A stretch of DNA of 64,000 bases from Eledone cirrhosa. Its lineage: Eukaryota. Of the stretch, positions 1-14,942 are shown in pieces. The notes beneath the pieces are model-generated. The model ran no database searches. It was not told the DNA's origin and saw nothing but the letters and a program-made list of their open reading frames with translations. The DNA lies in assembly GCA_964016885.1 (NCBI GenBank), contig OZ024740.1:330088001-330152000 (forward strand), written 5' to 3'. Within the stretch, counting starts at the first letter, position 1. Every line of letters starts with the position of its first letter. Both the position numbers and the translations under genes were made by a program.

Positions 1-986
1 TTCCAAGTAATATTCATTCACTAAAATATTGCAAAACCTAAATATATATATATTTTTTTCATTTTGACCAAATTTCCTATAAATCAAAATCTATATTGAT
101 TGCAATAGAAATGTTCATGTAATATATAAAAGTATAATTAAAATATTGACAGGTATGACAAGAAAACAGTAATGGACTTTGGGCAATATTTTGCTTGAAA
201 TTTCATCTGTTTCCATTATGTTACAACGTACTTTCCTTACAATGCATAAAATTGGGCATGTATAAAAAGAATATTTGATATCCATTGTAAAACAATATAC
301 AATATTAAAAAACCAGCATGTAATGTTCTTAAAAGATACAAGGACGTATAAAATTTGACAGCCAGAGGAAATGCTTTAAAACATTGAAGAAATAACTAAA
401 GTAAAAACTTATTTCAATTATGAGAAATTCTATGTTACAAGTTATGAAAGCAAATACAAACGTTTCATGTATATATATAAATAATATATATATATAGATA
501 AAATATAAATATTCGTTTGAATCTACCAATTTTCGAAATCTTTATGTAAATTTGAAATGAAGTTATTGTGCAAATGTATATATGTATATTGAAAGAGTCA
601 AAAAGCAATTTTGAATACTGTTTGAGTTTACACACATTCACTTGTAAAAAGAAAGACAGGATATATATATTTTCAAAGAAATCTAGAAACAAAGAATGTT
701 CTGGGTGTAGAAAGAATCATTACACAAATGGGCAGAAAACATATGTTGCTTTATACTGAGTCAATAACAAATGGAAATTAAAAATGATTTCGACTTGCAA
801 TTAAATTTCTTCATTCTTTATTGGATACCCATGGAATTAAAAATTGAATGTCCAGATAAAGGGCAAGTTTCTTGTTGTATTTAACAAACGTCTATGGTTA
901 TTACGGGGATTCAGTCATTTAAGTACCAGTATACATATTTATATCTCTATATATCTCTATATATCTATTGATCTATCAATCTCTCA

Positions 987-1021
<35 letters not shown>

Positions 1022-1076
1022 ATTCAAGAAAGAAGAGTGACATTGTTCACTATGCAAGAAGGGCTTTATTTCACAT

Positions 1077-1187
1077 TGCTGATAATTGTTTCTTTGATCT
1101 GGTAGGTCTAGAGTTCGCTCCCCGCCTGATTTTGCGTCAATTGATCTCCAATAGTTTGTTTTTTAACCAGTCGTTTTCATCAGAGCA
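1077..1187 (-). ncRNA. Putative type I hammerhead ribozyme in PLE-C tail (degenerate)
   Basis: The minus strand reads tgct-CTGATGA-aaacgactggt...accagatcaaa-GAAA-caatta-TC-agca, with stem I tgct/agca. The inverted copy near 2800 has the palindromic stem III acaattgt and a GTC site. Confidence 0.5.
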
Positions 1188-2130
1188 CGCGAAAGTGAAG
1201 AAGATACACAAGGCATGTCTTTTATATAGGAGTGGTATTAAACCAGAACAATAATATCAATAATAACATAAAATAACTAGATAGTACATTGTTAAAATAA
1301 TAACATCAATATAAGTAAGAAATAGAGTATAATGATGAATCTAGCATGTTAAACGAAATGATATAATGCACAGATGTATGAAATTGACATGTGAAAACTG
1401 CTATAGGGTACATTAGAGATAGTGTTAAGGTGGCGAAGAGGTAACAGTAACAACTAAAATGTACTTGGAGTCAGGATTAATGAGGTATCTGCTTTACCTT
1501 AGGTATGCTGGCAATAAACTGGAGATTTACTTATTTTTTGACAGATAAACATTTTCGTTGTATTAATTTAGTGAGAATGATAGTTTTTATGTGGTGTTAA
1601 GTGGAGTTGTAGATTCCTCATTTAAGTGGTCTATACTAAAGGTAGGGATTGTTAGTTCGGATCATGGGGGTTTAGTTTTCACAGCGTCAGTAACAAATCG
1701 TGTATAAATAAGGCAATAATAACAACAATAATAGAGACAATAAAGGTAATAAAATAGTAAAATATGCATGGTATATATAGAGAACATGATAAATAATATT
1801 ATTGATACATTGAGATGTTCATAATAATAATAAGAGGAAAAGAAGATTTCAAGGAGTGTAGGAGTAATAAGATAATGTACTTAGAATTAAGTTCATCTGT
1901 TAGAGATCATGAGTGTTAATGTGAGATATAATTGTTTGGTCCGAGGTGTGAGCAACAGCAAAGATGGGATTGATTTATGGGCTGATACGATAGTTGTAGA
2001 CATTACAGCCACATCCCAGTGGTATAGAATTATGGAGGCTAGAAGGTGTTTATAGAAGATTATGGTTCTGTAGTGGGCTGTGTGAGAATGTGGATTTCAT
2101 ATGTTAAATGCTAAGTGATGTTGGTTCGAA

Positions 2131-2730
2131 TCACGGTGGTTTAAATCTCGCGAATTTTGTAGCAATTCTATGTCTGCAGAAAATTGACCTTTCTATTTTG
2201 CTGTTGAGTAGCATTTTATCGTTCCTTAAGATATGCAGCAATTCAAGGTTGCAGAGCCAGCAGTGGTACATAACGCTGCTATATGCCTTTGCGGCCGCCA
2301 ATTTCGACCAACTAATATTGTAATCAAGATTGTTGTCCTTAAGTTTCCAGATTGTATTGGCGAGGGTTGTAGAACTTACCAGTGCACGGTTTTTCATTGA
2401 AAGTCTGTGCACATACCATCTTTTTTTAAAAACACCCACGCTGGATCCAATGTAGTGCCAAGTGAAGTTGCCCGAGTTTACAGTACATATGTACACTAGG
2501 CCTGAATCAAGGCACCTATTCGATAATGGGCACTTATCCGGTAGGTGATAGTTGCAGTTCGATGTATTACTCCGTGCAGCTTTCACATTGCGGTTTTGCA
2601 AACTGCTATATGTGGGTTGTGATTCATGCTTATTGAAGTTTTGCTGCGGTGCGTTCAAGTGCATTTGAGGTTGTGATACGGTAATGTTTTTGTGTAATTT
2701 CTTAATTTGAGGATAAGCGCTTATCCTCAA
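2131..2730 (-). pseudogene. PLE C-terminal GIY-YIG endonuclease fragment
   Basis: CPLSNRCLDSGLVY...HYIGSS...FKKRWYVH...LANTIWKLKD...CWLCNLE...LLNSKIE..CRH aligns by eye with the C-terminus of the 710-aa PLE protein. The ORF start is an artefact of the fold-back junction. Confidence 0.8.
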
Positions 2731-3205
2731 ACCAAGAAATGTTTAAAGAACATGCTAACTATTATAACGCAGCATTACATCGGGCTACCAAATCAAAGAA
2801 ACAATTGTCAGCAATGTGAATAAAGCCCTTATTGTATAGCGAACCATGTCACTCTTCTTTCTTGAATTATTATTACTCCAAGTATAAACTACATAGAAAT
2901 CACCGCGAACTCACAACATCACTATGGAAACGTCTTGTTAATACTATCACGTTAATACTATCCACTACACGGAGTACTCTAACTGGACTACATCTAGGTG
3001 GACGACCTATAACGATCACCTGTTATCCCGTATATACTCATCTCTCCCTCTATATATGCATACATATATACAACCACCCTGCTGGCCGACAGGCACCAAT
3101 CACAAACTTTCTGCCTTGTCCACTGGCCACGTGATGTTTCTTAGCTATTTTGAATTCATTTCTGGCGGGGATCATGGTAGAAGAATCTTAGTCCAGTCTG
3201 GGGTA

Positions 3206-3289
3206 TCTCCTGATGAGTTCCGAGCCTCGTGGATTTATCCAAGCCCAGATATATCCCCAAAATGGAACGAAACCACCTGTTGGTAGAGA
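3206..3289 (+). ncRNA. Type I hammerhead ribozyme (646-bp family, unit 1)
   Basis: tctc-CTGATGA-gttcc-[42-nt loop]-ggaac-GAAA-cca-cctgt-tgg-TA-gaga. All core nucleotides and three stems are present; GUA cleavage triplet. Confidence 0.8.
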
Positions 3290-3851
3290 CGATGGTAATT
3301 TTGGTAATATTTATGTGCTTTTTTCTTCGGTACTTCACCTTTGTACCTAAATCAGTGTAGTTAACTATTTGTCTAGTCAATTTCTACAGGCTAGGAGAAA
3401 TACTAGGTAAATTTATATGGTTGTGCATCGCGGAAAAGAACTTGTATCATTTGTTTATTATTGTGTGGTTATTTATACTGACTGGGAGACGAAATACTGT
3501 ATATATTTTATCTAATGATTCTTTGGACTTACATTTTTATAAATTGCTCTGATTAATAATTATTTAATTAATTCTTCATTGAGCCACACCGGGAATGGTT
3601 GCCAAACGCATATATGTATCTGTGACTTTGTCTAATATATATATACCCTTTAAATTTAATATATACTCCCGTAAGGTTGAGTAAATCTTTAAACAGTATT
3701 CAGCTGCGCTTTCTAGCAACCAGCCTACTCGCCGACAGGCACCAATCACAAAATTTTTCCCTTGACCACTGGCCACGTGATGGTTCTTAGTTATTTTGAA
3801 TTCATTTCTGGCGGGGATCATGGTAGAAGAAACTTAGTCCAGTCTGGGGTA

Positions 3852-3935
3852 TCTCCTGATGAGTTCCTAGCCTCGTGGATTTATCCAAGACCGGATATAT
3901 CCAAAAAGTGGAACGAAACCACCGATTGGTAGACA
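3852..3935 (+). ncRNA. Type I hammerhead ribozyme (646-bp family, unit 2)
   Basis: tctc-CTGATGA-gttcc...ggaac-GAAA-cca-ccgat-tgg-TA-gaca, with one stem I mismatch. Confidence 0.7.
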
Positions 3936-4309
3936 CGATGAGAATCTTGGTAATATTTATGAGCATTTTTTCTTCTAACTTCAATGTTGTACCTAATTCC
4001 GTGTAGTTAACTATTTGTCTAGTCAATTTCTACAGGCTAGGAGAAATACTAGGTGACTATCAGATGGTTGTACATCGCGGAAAGAATCTGTATCATGTGT
4101 CTATTATTTCTTCATAAGTACATTTTAAACTTAAAGCCTCGTTTAAATGATTTTTTATGTGGTTAATTTATACTGATTGGGAGAGGAAATAGTGTACATA
4201 TTTTATCTAATGATTCTTTTGACTTACATTTATATATATCCAGGGAGTGGAACATGGAGTTACTGTAGGTTCACTGCAATGCCGAGGTGTAGAGCTAGAC
4301 AGAGTGAAT

Positions 4310-4540
4310 TATAGTTAAATAAGATAACAATGACGATTGGTTACTCCTTCATTACGTTTATTATTTGGTGACGCGCGTTTCGCCACTGATCAGCTCAAGG
4401 TTCTATCTTTATCGATCTGACCCGACGACTCTGTAATTCGCGTCTCCTCAAACCCCTTGTAAGTGTCGGGTCAGATCGTGATAGATCGAACCAACGTAAT
4501 GAAGGAGTAACCAATCGTCCTTGTTATCTTATTTCACTAT

Positions 4541-4541
<1 letters not shown>
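4310..4541. repeat. Nested inverted repeat (49-bp outer arms, 14-bp inner arms)
   Basis: 4310-4358 pairs with 4493-4541. The inner cgatctgacccgac (4413-4426) pairs with gtcgggtcagatcg (4465-4478). Confidence 0.85.
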
Positions 4542-5118
<577 letters not shown>

Positions 5119-5138
5119 CTCATCTCTCCCTCTATATA

Positions 5139-7418
<2,280 letters not shown>

Positions 7419-7455
7419 TTATTATTATGTAATAAACAACATAAGGCAATTATTC

Positions 7456-7509
7456 CATTTACCAGTGGTTTCTTAAAAGCAAAAGGTTTTGCTTTCAATC
7501 CTCAGAATG
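7456..7509 (-). ncRNA. Type I hammerhead ribozyme (PLE-A distal, GUA)
   Basis: Reverse complement of the motif at 14889-14942. Confidence 0.85.
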
Positions 7510-7711
7510 AAAAATCCTGGTTTGTTTATTGAATATGGATTCTAAAAACGAAAATGCAATCTATATGAAAGTGAGGCTGGAAAAGGGAGAAGGAAAGGAA
7601 AAATAAAATAAAATAAAACTACACATGCAAACACACACAAAAAAACCCAAAAGCATACTTACACACACACACATATAATTTGCACGCATACACATATACA
7701 CATACACATAC

Positions 7712-7752
<41 letters not shown>

Positions 7753-7853
7753 CACATACATACACATATATATATATAAAGAGCGTACACCTACACACAC
7801 ATACACATATATATACACACATATACACATACATATATTCATACATACACACG

Positions 7854-7889
<36 letters not shown>

Positions 7890-7911
7890 TATACATACAC
7901 ATGTACATATC

Positions 7912-7951
<40 letters not shown>

Positions 7952-8396
7952 CATATACACACATATACACATATACATACACACACACACACATGTGTGT
8001 GTACAAGCCTACACATACACACACACATATATATACACACACATATACATACGTTCACACAAACATACAACGTACATACATACATACACATACATGAATG
8101 CACTCCACTACATATTAACACACGCAAATAAATATAAGAAAAAAATATATAAATAATATTAACAAATATTTGACAGCGATACATGCCCCAGCTAACAGGA
8201 CAGACACGCGTGGTAAGTAATACACACATAAGCGCATATACATACGTTCGAAATAGTAAACACATACACACACTCTCACACATAAATATACATATACAAA
8301 TACATAAACACGTACATACACATACATACGCAAACACGTACACGTATACAATATAAACACACACATGTATATGTAATTATATACACACACACACAC

Positions 8397-8441
<45 letters not shown>

Positions 8442-8719
8442 CAAAATATAAAAATATAAACGCACACACACATATAAATACGTAAACACACATATATACA
8501 TACATAGCTAAACAATTATACACATGCAAATACGTATATATCAAAAGAACGCACAACCAAATACAAACACACACACATATATACACACACACACACCCAC
8601 ACACAAACCCACACATACATAAAAATAAATAAAAACACACGCAACATATACATACATACACATACATATACATATATACATATATACATATACATATATA
8701 TATATACACATACATATAC

Positions 8720-8761
<42 letters not shown>

Positions 8762-8905
8762 ACGTACACATACACACATGCATACACATACACACACACA
8801 TATACATGTGTGTATGTGTAAAGCTCAGTATTAGATAAGACAAATGAACCTTACATAAACGTATATATAGTAGTAAAGTAATAAAGCCATACAAGGCAAT
8901 TAATC

Positions 8906-8960
8906 CATTCACCAGAGGTTTCTTAAAAGCAAAAAAAGGTTTCCTTCAATCTTCAGAATG
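8906..8960 (-). ncRNA. Hammerhead-like motif (PLE-A proximal, GUG site)
   Basis: Reverse complement of the motif at 13440-13494. Confidence 0.6.
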
Positions 8961-9002
8961 AAATATACAAATATATACACACATACAGACACGCACACAC
9001 AC

Positions 9003-9034
<32 letters not shown>

Positions 9035-9359
9035 GTACATATATATATATATATATATATACAGACATATATACATACACACATATATACACACACATAC
9101 ATATACATACATACATACACATATATATACATACACAAACATACACGTACACATATACATATATACACACAAAAATACATACACATACACATAGGTATGT
9201 GAAGGGCAAAACAAAAAGAATATATGGGGTGGGGGGCCTAGAGGAGGTAAAAATATAAAGGGAAGTAAGGGAGAAAAAAATATTTTTTAAAAACAAGAGT
9301 ACAGAAGGTAGAAGCAGCAAAATAAAAGCCGTAGCAAAAGTAAAGAGCAGAGAAGGAGT

Positions 9360-11492
9360 TCAAGGCGGTTGATTTATCGTAGGAGTGTCAATCCAGTTAC
9401 AGATCAGATGCGATTTCAGATGAGGACAGCATCTGAAGATCTCAGTCTTAGAGTTAAGGCAAGCGGAAGTGTCTCTCAAGTTTAGCAAAATCCTATACTT
9501 TTCTGTGGTACACAAAGAACAATTCTTTGTGCCCCTTTGGTACTCCCTCGAATGGTCTAATATAGACCAATCAATAGAGTACGGGATATTACTATCCTTG
9601 AGATCCCATACCTTACTTGCGAGGGCCGTTGATGTACGTTTATCTGAGTGTTTAAAAGAAGCGACATGTGAGTAAAATCTGGTTTTAAACCTGTCCTGGG
9701 TCATACCGACATATCGCTCGCTTCTGGCTGGCTGGTTGTTGATAACTGGCGTTATTTTAGCCTCATAAACGACAGATTTTGTTTTACATTTACCCTGCAA
9801 TGGGCATTCATCCGGCTTCCTGCAACTGCATCCTGGATTTATCCTCGTACGGTTTGAACTGGTGATTTTGGATTTCATGGATGGACAACAAGAGTAGCTG
9901 ATCTTAACTACATTCCTATTAAAAATCTTATAATATCTATGAATAGGAGGAAAATGTTTGTCTAATAGTTCAAGGAATTTCCTTCCTACATTAGTTTTGA
10001 CATTTAGAGAGAAGGGGGGTGTGAACCAAATAATCTTCCTTTTCCTGTTATTATGGTTAGTTTTAGGGGGGGGAATAGGTAAATAAGAAATATTTTCTGT
10101 AAAACCGCTGTTCTTAAGGGCTTTATTATAATAAGGGGCGGCTTTATTAAAAATGTCTATAGACGAAGATAAAGTAGAAATCCTACGGCTAATGTTAGGA
10201 ATAAGATTATTAAAAACTATAGGGGGATGGCAAGACTCTTTGTGTATATACCTAAGATTTTCATTAGGTTTATGATAGGGTTTAAAAGAGGCAGTAAGTA
10301 GATCAAGATTAATATCAAGAAAGTTAGCATTAGTAAGGTTCGTATCTATAGTAATTTTAAGGTTAAGATTAGCAAAGGTACTAATTAAATCTTTACGGAA
10401 TTTATCAAGATTATGGCCATTGGTGGTATGAGAAACTGCTAATCCGTCATCACGGTATAAACCGATATTATGGGACGGAAATTTCTCTTTGAGTGTGTGG
10501 AGAAGGAATAATCCTACTAAGTCGCACACATCCGCACTGTCATAAGAACCCATTGCAACATCGAAAGAGTTTTCAGGGTTTGACTTTTTAACCCAAATCT
10601 TATCATTAGTAAAAAGTAAAGTTTTTCTGGCATGAAAGATAATGTCCTCTTCTAATTTGGAGATATTAATGAAGGGTCTTGCAAAATCTAAGGCTTTAGT
10701 TAATAAGGAAACGGTAATAGAAGGGTAAAAATCGACAATATCAAATTGCGTAAATCTACACTTATTTTTACCTTGTATATTATTGAACCAAGAAATAACA
10801 GAGGAAGTATTTAGCCACTGTGAAAGGACAGTGTTAGTTCTAATTTGGATAATTATTTTTCTTAAGATTTTCTTACTAGCAAGGCCAACCTCGGATTTAG
10901 CCGGGTTAATCAGTCTACAACTAGGTCGATTAGTAAAGTCCAATTTATGGTCTTTAAGGGTAATATATGCTTTACGCTTAGCTAAGCTTTCAATCCGGTT
11001 ATCTATTTGTAAAGAACTAGCTAGTTCTTTAGCTTCTTTATTGATAGTATTGTAGCTATTATTATTAGTTAATTGATATTTATTGGTAATACTATTAGTT
11101 AAAAGTTGGTTATACAAATTACTATTAACTTCAAAGAGGTTTTTGGTTTTATCAGAAAGAACAAAAGTGTTTGTAGAATTTCTAAAATTAGAGATATCGT
11201 GAGAAAGTTTAGTTTGAAAATTATTATTGTACTTACGAAATTTGATATCACTAATTAGATTAACGAGGTCTAATTCGAAGTTGGCCATGTCTTTAATTCT
11301 AGGTGGATATTTACGGGATTTAATGTCAAAATTATCTTTAGTATCAGCACTGAATAGTCCATCGTAAACCATTGCCTTCCATCTCATTCTTTTAACGACT
11401 TGCTCGATTTTATCAATGAGGATTTTGGTGTATGTTGTGTTGGAAGGAGTGGGTATGTTTTTGATAGAATAATCCAAATCATAAAGGTCCAT
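9360..11492 (-). CDS. PLE reverse transcriptase / GIY-YIG endonuclease, 710 aa, intact
   Basis: RT motifs SDKT, FDIVDFYPSI, AMGSYDSADVCDLVG, YRDDG, NFLDINL. Linker CSCRKPDEC (CxCx5C). Endonuclease VVY...YVGMT...FKTR...H, CSLC..EK, LNSKTE. Confidence 0.93.
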   Translation of the reverse strand: MDLYDLDYSIKNIPTPSNTTYTKILIDKIEQVVKRMRWKAMVYDGLFSADTKDNFDIKSRKYPPRIKDMANFELDLVNLISDIKFRKYNNNFQTKLSHDISNFRNSTNTFVLSDKTKNLFEVNSNLYNQLLTNSITNKYQLTNNNSYNTINKEAKELASSLQIDNRIESLAKRKAYITLKDHKLDFTNRPSCRLINPAKSEVGLASKKILRKIIIQIRTNTVLSQWLNTSSVISWFNNIQGKNKCRFTQFDIVDFYPSITVSLLTKALDFARPFINISKLEEDIIFHARKTLLFTNDKIWVKKSNPENSFDVAMGSYDSADVCDLVGLFLLHTLKEKFPSHNIGLYRDDGLAVSHTTNGHNLDKFRKDLISTFANLNLKITIDTNLTNANFLDINLDLLTASFKPYHKPNENLRYIHKESCHPPIVFNNLIPNISRRISTLSSSIDIFNKAAPYYNKALKNSGFTENISYLPIPPPKTNHNNRKRKIIWFTPPFSLNVKTNVGRKFLELLDKHFPPIHRYYKIFNRNVVKISYSCCPSMKSKITSSNRTRINPGCSCRKPDECPLQGKCKTKSVVYEAKITPVINNQPARSERYVGMTQDRFKTRFYSHVASFKHSDKRTSTALASKVWDLKDSNIPYSIDWSILDHSREYQRGTKNCSLCTTEKYRILLNLRDTSACLNSKTEIFRCCPHLKSHLICNWIDTPTINQPP

Positions 11493-11519
11493 GGTGTATG
11501 TTGGTTAAATTCCTGAAAT

Positions 11520-13042
11520 TTGCTAGTAAGAAAATCTTAAGAAAAATAATTATCCAAATTAGAACTAACACTGTCCTTTCACAGTGGCTAAATACTTCCT
11601 CTGTTATTTCTTGGTTCAATAATATACAAGGTAAAAATAAGTGTAGATTTACGCAATTTGATATTGTCGATTTTTACCCTTCTATTACCGTTTCCTTATT
11701 AACTAAAGCCTTAGATTTTGCAAGACCCTTCATTAATATCTCCAAATTAGAAGAGGACATTATCTTTCATGCCAGAAAAACTTTACTTTTTACTAATGAT
11801 AAGATTTGGGTTAAAAAGTCAAACCCTGAAAACTCTTTCGATGTTGCAATGGGTTCTTATGACAGTGCGGATGTGTGCGACTTAGTAGGATTATTCCTTC
11901 TCCACACACTCAAAGAGAAATTTCCGTCCCATAATATCGGTTTATACCGTGATGACGGATTAGCAGTTTCTCATACCACCAATGGCCATAATCTTGATAA
12001 ATTCCGTAAAGATTTAATTAGTACCTTTGCTAATCTTAACCTTAAAATTACTATAGATACGAACCTTACTAATGCTAACTTTCTTGATATTAATCTTGAT
12101 CTACTTACTGCCTCTTTTAAACCCTATCATAAACCTAATGAAAATCTTAGGTATATACACAAAGAGTCTTGCCATCCCCCTATAGTTTTTAATAATCTTA
12201 TTCCTAACATTAGCCGTAGGATTTCTACTTTATCTTCGTCTATAGACATTTTTAATAAAGCCGCCCCTTATTATAATAAAGCCCTTAAGAACAGCGGTTT
12301 TACAGAAAATATTTCTTATTTACCTATTCCCCCCCCTAAAACTAACCATAATAACAGGAAAAGGAAGATTATTTGGTTCACACCCCCCTTCTCTCTAAAT
12401 GTCAAAACTAATGTAGGAAGGAAATTCCTTGAACTATTAGACAAACATTTTCCTCCTATTCATAGATATTATAAGATTTTTAATAGGAATGTAGTTAAGA
12501 TCAGCTACTCTTGTTGTCCATCCATGAAATCCAAAATCACCAGTTCAAACCGTACGAGGATAAATCCAGGATGCAGTTGCAGGAAGCCGGATGAATGCCC
12601 ATTGCAGGGTAAATGTAAAACAAAATCTGTCGTTTATGAGGCTAAAATAACGCCAGTTATCAACAACCAGCCAGCCAGAAGCGAGCGATATGTCGGTATG
12701 ACCCAGGACAGGTTTAAAACCAGATTTTACTCACATGTCGCTTCTTTTAAACACTCAGATAAACGTACATCAACGGCCCTCGCAAGTAAGGTATGGGATC
12801 TCAAGGATAGTAATATCCCGTACTCTATTGATTGGTCTATATTAGACCATTCGAGGGAGTACCAAAGGGGCACAAAGAATTGTTCTTTGTGTACCACAGA
12901 AAAGTATAGGATTTTGCTAAACTTGAGAGACACTTCCGCTTGCCTTAACTCTAAGACTGAGATCTTCAGATGCTGTCCTCATCTGAAATCGCATCTGATC
13001 TGTAACTGGATTGACACTCCTACGATAAATCAACCGCCTTGA
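11520..13042 (+). pseudogene. 5'-truncated copy of the PLE-A ORF
   Basis: Identical to 15775-17297. The MLVKFLKF start of ORF 11498 is the antisense 5' UTR of the inverted copy. Confidence 0.9.
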
Positions 13043-13365
13043 ACTCCTTCTCTGCTCTTTACTTTTGCTACGGCTTTTATTTTGCTGCTTCTACCTTCTG
13101 TACTCTTGTTTTTAAAAAATATTTTTTTCTCCCTTACTTCCCTTTATATTTTTACCTCCTCTAGGCCCCCCACCCCATATATTCTTTTTGTTTTGCCCTT
13201 CACATACCTATGTGTATGTGTATGTATTTTTGTGTGTATATATGTATATGTGTACGTGTATGTTTGTGTATGTATATATATGTGTATGTATGTATGTATA
13301 TGTATGTGTGTGTATATATGTGTGTATGTATATATGTCTGTATATATATATATATATATATGTAC

Positions 13366-13397
<32 letters not shown>

Positions 13398-13439
13398 GTG
13401 TGTGTGCGTGTCTGTATGTGTGTATATATTTGTATATTT

Positions 13440-13494
13440 CATTCTGAAGATTGAAGGAAACCTTTTTTTGCTTTTAAGAAACCTCTGGTGAATG
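13440..13494 (+). ncRNA. Hammerhead-like motif (PLE-A proximal, GUG site)
   Basis: catt-CTGAAGA-ttgaaggaaacctttttttgcttttaa-GAAA-cc-tct-gg-TG-aatg. The core is intact but position 17 is G. Confidence 0.6.
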
Positions 13495-13638
13495 GATTAA
13501 TTGCCTTGTATGGCTTTATTACTTTACTACTATATATACGTTTATGTAAGGTTCATTTGTCTTATCTAATACTGAGCTTTACACATACACACATGTATAT
13601 GTGTGTGTGTATGTGTATGCATGTGTGTATGTGTACGT

Positions 13639-13678
<40 letters not shown>

Positions 13679-13956
13679 GTATATGTATGTGTATATATAT
13701 ATATGTATATGTATATATGTATATATGTATATGTATGTGTATGTATGTATATGTTGCGTGTGTTTTTATTTATTTTTATGTATGTGTGGGTTTGTGTGTG
13801 GGTGTGTGTGTGTGTATATATGTGTGTGTGTTTGTATTTGGTTGTGCGTTCTTTTGATATATACGTATTTGCATGTGTATAATTGTTTAGCTATGTATGT
13901 ATATATGTGTGTTTACGTATTTATATGTGTGTGTGCGTTTATATTTTTATATTTTG

Positions 13957-14001
<45 letters not shown>

Positions 14002-14446
14002 GTGTGTGTGTGTGTATATAATTACATATACATGTGTGTGTTTATATTGTATACGTGTACGTGTTTGCGTATGTATGTGTATGTACGTGTTTATGTATTT
14101 GTATATGTATATTTATGTGTGAGAGTGTGTGTATGTGTTTACTATTTCGAACGTATGTATATGCGCTTATGTGTGTATTACTTACCACGCGTGTCTGTCC
14201 TGTTAGCTGGGGCATGTATCGCTGTCAAATATTTGTTAATATTATTTATATATTTTTTTCTTATATTTATTTGCGTGTGTTAATATGTAGTGGAGTGCAT
14301 TCATGTATGTGTATGTATGTATGTACGTTGTATGTTTGTGTGAACGTATGTATATGTGTGTGTATATATATGTGTGTGTGTATGTGTAGGCTTGTACACA
14401 CACATGTGTGTGTGTGTGTATGTATATGTGTATATGTGTGTATATG

Positions 14447-14486
<40 letters not shown>

Positions 14487-14508
14487 GATATGTACATGTG
14501 TATGTATA

Positions 14509-14544
<36 letters not shown>

Positions 14545-14645
14545 CGTGTGTATGTATGAATATATGTATGTGTATATGTGTGTATATATATGTGTATGTG
14601 TGTGTAGGTGTACGCTCTTTATATATATATATGTGTATGTATGTG

Positions 14646-14686
<41 letters not shown>

Positions 14687-14888
14687 GTATGTGTATGTGT
14701 ATATGTGTATGCGTGCAAATTATATGTGTGTGTGTGTAAGTATGCTTTTGGGTTTTTTTGTGTGTGTTTGCATGTGTAGTTTTATTTTATTTTATTTTTC
14801 CTTTCCTTCTCCCTTTTCCAGCCTCACTTTCATATAGATTGCATTTTCGTTTTTAGAATCCATATTCAATAAACAAACCAGGATTTTT

Positions 14889-14942
14889 CATTCTGAGGAT
14901 TGAAAGCAAAACCTTTTGCTTTTAAGAAACCACTGGTAAATG
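14889..14942 (+). ncRNA. Type I hammerhead ribozyme (PLE-A distal, GUA)
   Basis: catt-CTGAGGA-ttgaaagcaaaa-cc-ttttgcttttaa-GAAA-cca-c-tgg-TA-aatg. 4-bp stem I and long stem II; predicted cut after 14938. Confidence 0.85.

Larger units (their letters stand above)
1021..3030. mobile_element. Degenerate Penelope-like element (family C, Hydra-like) with head-to-head inverted structure
   Basis: The minus arm (2718 down to 1021) carries a GIY-YIG ORF remnant and a long 3' tail ending at a (TA)n run. The plus arm (2719-3030) carries an RT-thumb fragment (LSSNQEMFKEHANYYNAALHRA, like LSSSIDIFNKAAPYYNKALKNS of the 710-aa PLE), then a copy of the same tail: 2786-2868 is an inverted repeat of about 1021-1105. 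Confidence 0.7.
3060..4240 (+). repeat. Non-coding tandem repeat, about 646-bp period, one hammerhead per unit (retrozyme-like)
   Basis: gccgacaggcaccaatcacaaa and the ribozyme core recur 646 bp apart. About 1.8 diverged units, no credible ORF. Confidence 0.8.

Noticed and set aside
11498-11519. Alternative N-terminus MLVKFLKF giving a 514-aa protein
   Set aside because: It is the antisense 5' UTR of the inverted copy fused at the junction, a chance in-frame start.
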